Assembly: GCA_039630085.1 (NCBI GenBank)
Contig: JBCNVM010000002.1
Span: forward strand, 32,001-96,000
Length of the DNA: 64,000 bases
Source of the DNA: Candidatus Caldarchaeales archaeon
GTDB lineage: Archaea > Thermoproteota > Nitrososphaeria_A > Caldarchaeales > Calditenuaceae
Direction of reading: 5' to 3'
The notes beneath the pieces were generated by a model. The model was not told where the DNA came from and did not search any database. It was given only the letters and a program-made list of their open reading frames with translations. This document shows, piece by piece, positions 19,053 through 27,322 of the stretch (positions are counted from its first letter, which is position 1; every line of letters begins with the position of its first letter). Position numbers and translations under genes: made by a program.

Positions 19053-20006
19053 ATGGAGGCGAGGGCCGAGGAGGTCGAGGCGGTGATCGGGAGGCTGAGG
19101 GCCGAGTTCGAGCAGCACATGGGCAAGAAGCTCAGGTCCGAGCCCAGCGGCCGTCTGATCTCGGAGGTCGTCGAGGGAGGGAAGAGGCTGAGGCCCGCGT
19201 TCCTCCTCATGGTCTTCGAGTGCCTGAACGGGAGGGACCGGGAGATGGCCCTAGACGTCGCTTACGCCCTCGAGCTGGCCCACAACGCGTCCCTCGTCCA
19301 CGACGACATCATCGACCTCGACTTCACGAGGAGGGGGAGGCCTTCGCTCTGGAGGAGGATCGGGATCGGGAGGGCCGTGATCGAGGGTCACAGGATCATC
19401 AACGTCGCGTTCTCCACTGCCCTCGAGAAGGGACAGGAGATCGCGAGGATCTTCTTAGAGGCATGGGACAAGGCTTCCCTCGGCGTGTTGGAGGAGATAG
19501 CCGCTACCAAACCGCCCTCCGAGATCTTCTACCAAAGGGTCATCGAGCATAAGACGGGGAGCCTCTTCGCAGCCGCAGCTGAGTCGGCGGCCGTATGCGC
19601 TGGCGCCGAGGGTCCGTTCAGGGAGGCGATCAAGCGATACGGGCTGCTCGTCGGGACCGCGTACCAGATTGCGGACGACATCGTCGAGCTGAGAAAGAGG
19701 CCGCTCGGGCTCAGCCTGATGCTCGCGCTGACCAGGGTCGAGGACGCGTTCGTGAAGTTCGCGTTAGCCCTGAGGACCAAGTCCCTGAGGGCGCTCCTGA
19801 GCTTCGCGAAGGTCCGCGGGAAGGACGTCAGCTTCTTCACATCGCTGCTGGAGGAGAAGCTGGAGGAGATCGACAGGTTGGTCGACTCGCTCCCCCTTGA
19901 CCCCGACAGGAAGGTCCTCCTCAAGTCCTTCCCCAGGTACTGCGTAAGGGAGATGTTGAAGGAGGGCAGGGTCGATGTCAGCTCGCTGCGAGTCCTGCGG
20001 GGCTGA
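19053..20006 (+). CDS. Trans-prenyl diphosphate synthase, Sulfolobus hexaprenyl-PP synthase-like
   Basis: GGKRLRP, HDDIID..RRG, KTGSLF, YQIADD; lacks the usual GD/GQ..D motifs of GGPP synthases. Confidence 0.8.
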   Translation: MEARAEEVEAVIGRLRAEFEQHMGKKLRSEPSGRLISEVVEGGKRLRPAFLLMVFECLNGRDREMALDVAYALELAHNASLVHDDIIDLDFTRRGRPSLWRRIGIGRAVIEGHRIINVAFSTALEKGQEIARIFLEAWDKASLGVLEEIAATKPPSEIFYQRVIEHKTGSLFAAAAESAAVCAGAEGPFREAIKRYGLLVGTAYQIADDIVELRKRPLGLSLMLALTRVEDAFVKFALALRTKSLRALLSFAKVRGKDVSFFTSLLEEKLEEIDRLVDSLPLDPDRKVLLKSFPRYCVREMLKEGRVDVSSLRVLRG

Positions 20007-20100
20007 GCTCAGGCGGATCAACGTCTTGAGGGGCCGGGTCCTCTGCGACCGCTGCTACGAGGCCGCGTCGGGGCCGGCCGGCGGGGTGTGCCTCCACTGA
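19975..20100 (+). CDS. 41-aa CxxC-CxxC zinc-finger microprotein (not in ORF track)
   Basis: Translates to MSARCESCGAELRRINVLRGRVLCDRCYEAASGPAGGVCLH; purine-rich RBS upstream; fills the gap before the permease. Confidence 0.7.
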   Translation: MSARCESCGAELRRINVLRGRVLCDRCYEAASGPAGGVCLH

Positions 20101-20109
20101 GGTGAGGCC

Positions 20110-21696
20110 TTGGACCTACTGGAGATTCTGACGGCTGTCGGCGCCTCCTGGCTGCGGATACTGGTGGCACTGGCCGTCTCGGTCCTCGCGGCCGTTCCGA
20201 TCGGCATCGCGTCCGCCCTCAACAGGAGGGTCGAGTGGCTGGTCGTCCCGGTGCTCGACGTACTACAGAGCGTCCCGATCCTCGGCTTCTTCCCGATCGC
20301 GGTCATCTCCCTCGCCAGGGTCTCGCCGGTCCTCGGGCCCGAGCTCGCCTCGGTCTTCCTGATCTTCACCTGCACCTTCTGGAACTTTGCGTTCGGCGTC
20401 TACGAGTCCGTCAGGAGCATCCCGGTCGAGCTGAGGGAGGGCATAAGGCTCTGGAACCTCCCCTTCCCCGAGAGGCTGACGAAGGTCTACCTCCCGGCCG
20501 CAGCACCTAGGGTCCTCTCGAACCTACAGCCCTCCACGGCGAACGCTTGGTTCTTCCTCTCCGCGAGCGAGGTGATGGTCCTCGGAAGGGAGGAGCTCAG
20601 GGTCCACGGGGTCGGTTACCTGGTCGAGAAGTACGCGGCCGCCGGCGACGCCGCCTCGCTCGCGGTCCTGCTCTCGCTGACGCTGTTCACGATAGGAGTG
20701 GTCCAGTTCGCGGTCTACGGTCCGATCGTCACCAAGGCCGTCGAGGGGGACTTCGAGCACGAGGTGAGGCTCGCGCCACCCAGGGCCCTCGTCACGGGGA
20801 TATCGGCGATCGCCTCCGGGTTCAGGACGTTCGGCGACGCAGGCCTAGGAAGGTTAGCTCGGATGAAGCAGATCAGGGTGCCGCTGCAGGTCTTCCACGT
20901 CGTCCAGTCCCGCGTCCGGATCGTCCCCTGGGTCGCGGCCGTCGCGGCGGTCGTCCTCGGCGCGGCCTCGGTCTCCCTCGCGGCGGAGTACGGGCCCGAC
21001 CTCTATGAGTCCCTCCGCCTCGGGCTCTCCAGGCTCTCGGGCGTCGACTGGCTCGGGGTCTCCGCGGCCCTCGCCGTCTCCACGGCCCGCGTGCTGGCGG
21101 TCCTCGCGATAGCGGCCGCCTGGTCTATCCCGGTCGCCTACTTCTTCGCCGTTCGGGAGGGGCTCAGGAGGGCCCTCCTTCCGGTCGTGCAGGTGATCGC
21201 CTCCTTCCCTGCTCCCCTCCTCTTCCCGGTCCTCGCGCCGGCTCTAGCCTCGCTGGGGCGCCTCGGGCTGGAGGGCGCGTCGATACTGATGATGCTGATC
21301 GGGTCGCAGTACTACGTCTTCTACTCGGTCCTCTCGGGCTTCATGAGGGTCGACAGGTCCTACGGCGAGCTCTCGAGCCTCTGCGGCCTCGGGTTCGGAT
21401 ACTCCCTCTCGACGATCTACCTGCCCTACGCGCTGCCCTCGCTGATCACCGGAGCGATCACGACCGCTGGCGGGGCCTGGAACGCGACCGTGGTGGCCGA
21501 GGCGGTCGAGGTCGGCGGCGTGGTCTACGAGACTCCCCTGCCCGGTCTGGGGAAGGTCATCGCGGGCGCGGCCCTCTCCGGGGACGTCTTCTCACTCTCG
21601 GTCTACGTGAGCGTCATGACCCTCTTCATCGTCGCCCTCAACAGGACGCTCTGGAGGAGGCTCTACGACTGGTCCGTGGGGCTCGTGGCAGGCTAA
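20110..21696 (+). CDS. ABC transporter permease, duplicated NitT/TauT-type
   Basis: 'DVLQSVPILGF', 'WN..FGVY', 'GGAWNATVVAE', 'NRTLWRRLY'. Confidence 0.85.
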   Translation: MDLLEILTAVGASWLRILVALAVSVLAAVPIGIASALNRRVEWLVVPVLDVLQSVPILGFFPIAVISLARVSPVLGPELASVFLIFTCTFWNFAFGVYESVRSIPVELREGIRLWNLPFPERLTKVYLPAAAPRVLSNLQPSTANAWFFLSASEVMVLGREELRVHGVGYLVEKYAAAGDAASLAVLLSLTLFTIGVVQFAVYGPIVTKAVEGDFEHEVRLAPPRALVTGISAIASGFRTFGDAGLGRLARMKQIRVPLQVFHVVQSRVRIVPWVAAVAAVVLGAASVSLAAEYGPDLYESLRLGLSRLSGVDWLGVSAALAVSTARVLAVLAIAAAWSIPVAYFFAVREGLRRALLPVVQVIASFPAPLLFPVLAPALASLGRLGLEGASILMMLIGSQYYVFYSVLSGFMRVDRSYGELSSLCGLGFGYSLSTIYLPYALPSLITGAITTAGGAWNATVVAEAVEVGGVVYETPLPGLGKVIAGAALSGDVFSLSVYVSVMTLFIVALNRTLWRRLYDWSVGLVAG

Positions 21697-21697
21697 G

Positions 21698-22333
21698 TCA
21701 CTCCACCACGAACCTGCCCCACATCCCGAGCGTGACGTGTCCCGGAACGTTGCAGACGTAGAAGTAGGTCCCCGGCCTCCCTGCGACGAAGTAGATCGTG
21801 ACGCTCTGTCCCGGCGCTAAGGGGTTAGAGGGCGTCCCCGCCTGGGCGCTTGGAAAGGACGGTGACGCACTCGGGTCCTCCCTCAGCTCGTTGACGACCG
21901 TGAGGACGTGGACCGCGTTCCCGACGTTCACGAGGGTCAGCTTCACCAGCGAGCCCCTCTTCACCCTGATCTCGGGACCGGGCGTCGTTATCGAGTCCCT
22001 GCTTGTCCCGAACCCGAAGTCTCCCGCGTAGACCACGAGCTCAACGTCGGGCTCCCGCGCCGGTGCCTGCTGCTGAGGCTGAGGTTGCGGGGGATTCCCC
22101 CACGTCCAGCCCATGCACGGACAGACTCCCATCATCCTGCCCATCCAGCCCCAAGCGTAGGGCCCCATCGCGCGGCTCCAGGCCTGTGGGGTCGACTGCT
22201 GCGGAACCGTCGGCGCGCCCCACGTCTGAGGCGCCGGCCGCTGAACAGCCGGTGCGATCACAGCAAAGACTACAGCCGTCGAGAGGGCGATCGCTGCCGC
22301 GGCTGTGAGGACCAAGACCATCCATCCCCTCAT
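21698..22333 (-). CDS. Membrane-anchored cupredoxin (sulfocyanin/plastocyanin-like) with Met/Trp-rich linker
   Basis: Type-1 Cu ligands H..'CNVPGHVTLGM'; N-terminal TM; linker 'WGWMGRMMGVCPCMG'. Confidence 0.85.
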   Translation of the reverse strand: MRGWMVLVLTAAAAIALSTAVVFAVIAPAVQRPAPQTWGAPTVPQQSTPQAWSRAMGPYAWGWMGRMMGVCPCMGWTWGNPPQPQPQQQAPAREPDVELVVYAGDFGFGTSRDSITTPGPEIRVKRGSLVKLTLVNVGNAVHVLTVVNELREDPSASPSFPSAQAGTPSNPLAPGQSVTIYFVAGRPGTYFYVCNVPGHVTLGMWGRFVVE

Positions 22334-22490
22334 GCCCGCCCACCACGTATTGCCCTCGACCGGATTTTGGGCCTTGGGTGAAACGGTCTGAAACGCTCTC
22401 GTCTCCTTCAGGGCGCTCAACGCTGCCGGGTCCTTCAGAGCTCCGTTTCAACGAGACTTAATCCGCAGGCCCTGGACAACTGGTTCGACG

Positions 22491-23078
22491 ATGAGGTACC
22501 GGTGCAGGAGGTGCGGAGCGACCTTCGGGTCCGAGAACGCCCTTCGGGCCCATGAGAGGGCCAGGCACCCCCTTCGCTTCTACGGTGTCAGGCTGGGATA
22601 CCTCTCTGCGGTAGCGGTCGCGCTCCTGTTGGGCGGATACTTGGTGCTGAGCAGGCAGCCACCTCCCAGCGTCGTCGGCGCGCCCATCTCCGGCATCGAG
22701 TGCTGGTCTGGGGAGCAGACGGCCTATCACGTCCACGCGATCCTCGAGATCTACGTGAGGGGACAGAGGAGGGAAGTTCCGGCCAACGTCGGCGTCGTCC
22801 CCAACAGGTGCATGTACTGGGTCCACACTCACGACCCGACGGGGGTCATACACGTCGAGGCTCCGAGGAGGATCAGAGCGACCCTCGGCCAGTTCTTCGA
22901 CGTTTGGGGCCAGCCGATGGGCGAGGAGGGGGTGCTCGACATTGACCTCAGGGGCTCGGGGATGAAGTTGCGCGTCTACGTCGACGGCCAGCCTTACTAC
23001 GGCGACCCGAGGGAGATCGAACTGGTGGACATGAGGCGGATCGTGATGGACGTCGGCCCGCCCTTCGCGGTCTCCTGA
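22491..23078 (+). CDS. C2H2 zinc finger + TM + exported His-rich domain protein
   Basis: 'CRRC..F..L..HERARH', TM helix, 'YHVHA', 'VHTHDPTGVIHVE'. Confidence 0.75.
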   Translation: MRYRCRRCGATFGSENALRAHERARHPLRFYGVRLGYLSAVAVALLLGGYLVLSRQPPPSVVGAPISGIECWSGEQTAYHVHAILEIYVRGQRREVPANVGVVPNRCMYWVHTHDPTGVIHVEAPRRIRATLGQFFDVWGQPMGEEGVLDIDLRGSGMKLRVYVDGQPYYGDPREIELVDMRRIVMDVGPPFAVS

Positions 23079-23093
23079 GCTCCGTTTCATCGC

Positions 23094-23519
23094 GTGCCAA
23101 GAACACCTTTTTCTTTCAACCCTTTTATGCAGGAGGGTGATGCGGGCTTGACGTCCGTTCAGAAACCCGTAGCGGCCTTCGCCGTCTCATTCGTCGCCGG
23201 GGTCCTCATGGTCGTCGGAGGCGTGACGGGGCTCGCGGTATGGGCCTGGTGGAGCTGGACGCCCACGTGGAGCCGGATGATGCCGATGTGGGGGATGATG
23301 GGGTCGCTATGGCTGGCCTTATCCTCGGTAGGCCTCCTGTCGGGCGCGGTGGTCCTCGCCGCCGCCCTCCTGCTGTCCAGCCGTCCGGAGCAGGCCCAAA
23401 CCCGGCGAACGGTCATTCTCGTCTTCTCGGCCGTCGGCCTCCTGGGCATGGGAGGCTTCGTCATCGGCGCGGTCCTCGGCATCACAGGCGAGCTCCTTGC
23501 GCTGGTCTGGAGGGTCTGA
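23094..23519 (+). CDS. Small membrane protein with Met-rich loop (start uncertain)
   Basis: 4 TM segments; 'WSRMMPMWGMMG' loop. Confidence 0.6.
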   Translation: MPRTPFSFNPFMQEGDAGLTSVQKPVAAFAVSFVAGVLMVVGGVTGLAVWAWWSWTPTWSRMMPMWGMMGSLWLALSSVGLLSGAVVLAAALLLSSRPEQAQTRRTVILVFSAVGLLGMGGFVIGAVLGITGELLALVWRV

Positions 23520-23563
23520 GGTCGCAGGAGAGGTCCCGAACGCGTCGCACCAGGTCGAAGCTC

Positions 23564-23821
23564 TTACCCTCTTCGCGTGAAGGCCTCGATCCCGCCCAGA
23601 GACTTCTCCATCGCGGAGATCCACCTGAGGAACGAGTTCGCGGCGGCCCTCATCGCGACCGTGTCGTCGGCCTCGATCTCGAGCTTCAGGGCTTCCCCGG
23701 AGCACTCGACGTTGGCGGCGGACCTGCCTCCCGGAAGAGGGCCTGCCTCCGGCCGAAGGGCTTCGAAGAGGATCTGGGCGTGCGGGCTCACCAGCGTGAC
23801 GGAGAGCTTGCAGGGGTGCAT
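23564..23821 (-). CDS. pcc1: KEOPS complex subunit Pcc1
   Basis: 'ALRPE', 'IEADD..AMRAAANSFLRW'; follows eL43. Confidence 0.85.
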   Translation of the reverse strand: MHPCKLSVTLVSPHAQILFEALRPEAGPLPGGRSAANVECSGEALKLEIEADDTVAMRAAANSFLRWISAMEKSLGGIEAFTRRG

Positions 23822-23824
23822 CGC

Positions 23825-24040
23825 TCAGGTCGGGCTCGGAGCCCAGGCTCCGCCGGCGAACTTGTGACCGCACTTCCTGCACTGCCAGATACCGACCGCG
23901 ACCCTCCTGACCGTGACCCTGCCGCACCGTTCGCACTTGTAGGTGGCGTACTGGGTCTTCTCCAGCTCCTCCACCCTCTTCCTCAACCTGGCCCCGTATC
24001 TCGCTCCGAACCTCCTCGTCGTGCCCTCTCCCGCCCTCAT
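23825..24040 (-). CDS. rpl37ae: 50S ribosomal protein L37Ae (eL43)
   Basis: 'RFGARYG', CERC, 'GIWQCRKC', 'AGGAW'. Confidence 0.95.
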   Translation of the reverse strand: MRAGEGTTRRFGARYGARLRKRVEELEKTQYATYKCERCGRVTVRRVAVGIWQCRKCGHKFAGGAWAPSPT

Positions 24041-24120
24041 GCCCCACAACCACCTCGGGCCGTTATTTCTAGCTGTTCAGACGGTCTCAGGTTTATCTCT
24101 CCGTACGGGGCACTAGGGCC

Positions 24121-24176
24121 GCGATGATGAAGGACTCTCCTGTGAGCCGATGATCGGCCATGGGGTAACTGAGCGC
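24121..24176 (+). ncRNA. Box C/D methylation guide sRNA
   Basis: Box C ATGATGA (24124-30), D' GTGA (24142-45), C' ATGATC (24150-55), box D CTGA (24169-72); guides of 11-13 nt; GCG/CGC terminal stem; TTTATC about 25 nt upstream. Confidence 0.8.
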
Positions 24177-24203
24177 CTCTCTCTGAGAGCCCTGTGGAGA
24201 GCC

Positions 24204-24587
24204 TCACTGGCCGTGACCGCAGATGTCGCAGTTCTCCACGTCAAGCTCGGGCTCGAGGTACTTGTGAAGCTCGCAGAGGGTCCTGTCCTGTCTTATCTTG
24301 TCCATCGCCTCCTGGATCGCCTTGACGACCCTGTGGGGGTCCTGGCTGTCGAAGGCGACCGTGGCTATCTCGTCGGCGTACCTCTCGAGGGCCTGGATCT
24401 TCGGGCCCGCGTAATAGGCCCTTCCCCTTACCGCCCTCAGGTAGTTGCTCACCGAGGCCTGGGTTATCCCGAGGAGGTGGGCGGTCCTCTCCTGCGTCAG
24501 CCCGTACTCGAGGACCAGCCTCTTCACCACAAGGGCCCTCAGCGTCGGCAGAAGCCACCTCGCCTCGATCTCGCTCGGCAGCAGCAT
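24204..24587 (-). CDS. HTH transcriptional regulator (COG2522-like)
   Basis: 'LLPSEIE..LP', 'TQ..A.LLGITQASVSNY', C-terminal C..H...C..C. Confidence 0.8.
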   Translation of the reverse strand: MLLPSEIEARWLLPTLRALVVKRLVLEYGLTQERTAHLLGITQASVSNYLRAVRGRAYYAGPKIQALERYADEIATVAFDSQDPHRVVKAIQEAMDKIRQDRTLCELHKYLEPELDVENCDICGHGQ

Positions 24588-24653
24588 GATTTTCCTCGAT
24601 TAACGGCGTTATACCCGTATATTTTAGTGTCGTCTCATCCCGTTCGAGCCGTC

Positions 24654-25466
24654 TCACAGCTTTACGAGCTCTATCCCGAGCTCCTCGGCGATCGCCGCCA
24701 CCGCCGGCCTGTGCTGGCCCGGAGTGCCCTTCCAGTCGACGAGCAGATACCTGCAACCGTCGCGAACGCTCGCCGCGGCCTCACCTAGCAGGTCGACCCC
24801 CTCGGGCATGCAGTACTTCGGGAGGACGTGCGTGACGTCGTAGAGGCGATGGGCCATGACCCTCGTGAAGGTCGGCGCGTAGTGCCCTCCTCCCACGCCT
24901 ATCGAGCCCCTGCTCGAGGGATAGCTGGACCCAATTGTCCTCACGCAGGCCTCCGCGACCGCCTCAGCCGCGGCCGGGTCCCTCCTCGCGTCCTCTGGCC
25001 CGCCGAACTCCACGTAGATCAGCGGGACCGGCGAGTAAGGGCCGTGGTGGGTCACCTCCAGCCCCACCCACCAGCCCTCGAGCTTCCTGTCGGACCGGGC
25101 CTCCTCGGTCAGCGCGTCGAAGGCGACCCTCGTAGCCCCCGCGTGCGTCGCCGAGATCCTCCTGGGCAGGCCGCCGTGAGAAGCCTCCGACGTCCAGTTG
25201 CCGGTCGAATGGACGGTCAGCGCCCTGACGCCGTGCTCGGAACGATGAGTCGACGCCACGACCAGCAGATCGGACTCCAATGAGGTGAGCTCCTCGACGG
25301 TCGCGTGGAGGTGGGGGCCTCTGAGGACGTAGGCCCTGAAGCTCCCTTTCGACAGGACCTCAAGCCCCCCGACCTCCATGACCTCGAAGCCCAGCACCTG
25401 AAGCAGGTAGTCCCTCACCATCATCGATGACCCGTCTGCCCTCGAGAGGACGATTGATGCCCTCAA
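24654..25466 (-). CDS. dtdA: D-aminoacyl-tRNA deacylase (DTD2)
   Basis: 'STHRS', 'LTVHSTGNW', 'LEVTHHGP', 'GGGHYAP', 'PKY', 'DWKG'. Confidence 0.9.
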   Translation of the reverse strand: MRASIVLSRADGSSMMVRDYLLQVLGFEVMEVGGLEVLSKGSFRAYVLRGPHLHATVEELTSLESDLLVVASTHRSEHGVRALTVHSTGNWTSEASHGGLPRRISATHAGATRVAFDALTEEARSDRKLEGWWVGLEVTHHGPYSPVPLIYVEFGGPEDARRDPAAAEAVAEACVRTIGSSYPSSRGSIGVGGGHYAPTFTRVMAHRLYDVTHVLPKYCMPEGVDLLGEAAASVRDGCRYLLVDWKGTPGQHRPAVAAIAEELGIELVKL

Positions 25467-25545
25467 CCCGCCCGCGTCGTCCGTGCGCCTCGTATTTACC
25501 TGAAGTCCGAAGATCCGCGGACTGACTTGAGGGTCGCTTACTACG

Positions 25546-27003
25546 CTACAGCCTGATCCCGAAGAGCGTCTGCAGCAGGACCGCGACTAGGAAGTAGCCG
25601 TAGAAGAACGTCCCGGCCACGAGGAGCAGCGTCGTAACAGGGCCCCCGCGTATCTCCTTCGGTAGGAACTTGTAGTTGACGACTATCTGCAGCGGGAACG
25701 CGATTGTCAGCGCGAAGAGGCCGAGGTTCGCCCCGAGCGCCACCAACTCGAAGGGCTGAGCCCACCTCATGGTTATCGCGCCCACCATCAGCACCATCGA
25801 GACCCCGAAGATCAGGTAGAGCACGGTGTAGTAGAGCCTCCTGACGTCGTCCCTGAAGAGCCTCCTGACTCTCTCGCTCGCCATCCAGAAGTTGTCCGTG
25901 ATCACACGGCTGACGGAGTCCATGAGGCCCCACTGGGTGTCGAAGAGGATCCAGAAGCCTCCGAGGAGCACGATCACCCAGGCCAGCGCGCCCGCCACGG
26001 CCTTGAGGGCCTCGGCCTGAGCGGCGGCCACCGCGAACCCGGTCGGGGTAAGTCCCCGCGGCACCAGGAGGGAATAAGCCATCGTCGTCGTGACGTAAAC
26101 TGTGACGAACGACACGAGGCTGAACACTATCCAGGAGTCGACCCTCAGCACGTTGAGCCACCCCTTCCACCTCCGGAGGTTCTCAGGGGTGACGGTGAAG
26201 GGCATGTCGTCCGTCGAGAGCTTCATGTTCCTCCCTCCGATGATCGCCGAGATGTAGCCGGCCTTGGCTCCCATCCCCCAGCCCTTGTCCCTCGCGTAGC
26301 TGCTCATCATCAGGTTGAAGCCGAAGCCGGCTGGGATGTACGCGATGGCCGCTGCGAGGACGAACCAATCCGCGTTCCTCGGGAGGTTGACCGTGAAGAT
26401 CCCCCTGCCGACCTCGATCCAAGCGGAGGTCGGTGCGGCGATCACCACCGCGGCCGAGATCGTCACGAGCATCAGGATTACGATGGGCCAGCTCAACAAC
26501 TCCAGCGTCCTCTCGATCTTCCTGCCGACGTGAAGGACGCCGAGCCCAGCGACCAGCGCTATCACTCCCCAAGCGAGCACCAGACCCGAGTGGGCAGGAC
26601 CGGGTAGGGTCCCCAGCTGCAGCGCCACCGCGGCCGTCGCCGACGAGATGGCCCAGGCGGGCCAAATTACGGGCACGAAGAGCAAGACGGACCACACCCA
26701 GGCCCACGCGATGCCTCCGGGCCACAGCCTCTGGTAGAACTTGTGGACAGGCTGTCCGCAGTAGACGATGGTCTTCATCGACTCCACCGCGAGCACCGCT
26801 TGGAGCACGCAGGAGAACGCCGCCGCCCACATCAAGTAAGGCCCGAACCTCACGACCGCTGCCGGGAAGAGGATCCACTCGCCCGCGCCGATCGCCAGCG
26901 ACGTCATGATGACGCCGGGTCCCACGGCCCGCAGGTAAGACCGTAGACCAGGCCTCGGCGGCTCGGGAAGCTCTACGACCTCCGTGGGCTTCACGGCCGT
27001 CAA
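25546..27003 (-). CDS. Nramp-like/APC superfamily transporter
   Basis: 'GPG....LAIGAGEWI..P', 'YARDKGWGMG'; about 11 TMs. Confidence 0.75.
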   Translation of the reverse strand: MTAVKPTEVVELPEPPRPGLRSYLRAVGPGVIMTSLAIGAGEWILFPAAVVRFGPYLMWAAAFSCVLQAVLAVESMKTIVYCGQPVHKFYQRLWPGGIAWAWVWSVLLFVPVIWPAWAISSATAAVALQLGTLPGPAHSGLVLAWGVIALVAGLGVLHVGRKIERTLELLSWPIVILMLVTISAAVVIAAPTSAWIEVGRGIFTVNLPRNADWFVLAAAIAYIPAGFGFNLMMSSYARDKGWGMGAKAGYISAIIGGRNMKLSTDDMPFTVTPENLRRWKGWLNVLRVDSWIVFSLVSFVTVYVTTTMAYSLLVPRGLTPTGFAVAAAQAEALKAVAGALAWVIVLLGGFWILFDTQWGLMDSVSRVITDNFWMASERVRRLFRDDVRRLYYTVLYLIFGVSMVLMVGAITMRWAQPFELVALGANLGLFALTIAFPLQIVVNYKFLPKEIRGGPVTTLLLVAGTFFYGYFLVAVLLQTLFGIRL

Positions 27004-27291
27004 GGCGATTCGCCGGATGAGAGCGCGATAATATAACTCTGAAAGGGAAGGGGCATCCGCATCGAGGTGACGCGCGGTCAGGAGGCCGTCTCTCGCGGCT
27101 CAGACCATCGGAATGAGCGCCTCCCGGAGAACGGGCCCAGACCCTCGGGCTCAGCTCCGGATCTCCGGCCTCTCGGACCTCCTCCTGACTGGTGCAGGGC
27201 CCCTTGCGAGCCTCCACTCCCGCTGCGTGGCGGTTGAGAGGTCATCTGGGTGCGTCTCCGAGTTTTCACCGTATGCTTCGTGTGAGAACGC

Positions 27292-27297
27292 TTAAAT
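27292..27297 (+). promoter_or_regulatory. TATA box of tes
   Basis: TTAAAT about 26 nt upstream of ATG 27323. Confidence 0.5.
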
Positions 27298-27322
27298 CAC
27301 CTTCGGAGCTCGGCCGGCTGAA

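Noticed and set aside
22379-23089. GTTTCA/TGAAAC resembling CRISPR repeat ends
   Set aside because: No regular repeat-spacer periodicity and no cas genes
25500-25556. Two CTGA motifs as D'/D boxes
   Set aside because: No credible box C and atypical spacing
27050-27260. RNase P or SRP RNA
   Set aside because: Only a loose GAGGAGGTCC similarity on the minus strand; the conserved 3' motif of RNase P and the SRP helix-8 motif are absent
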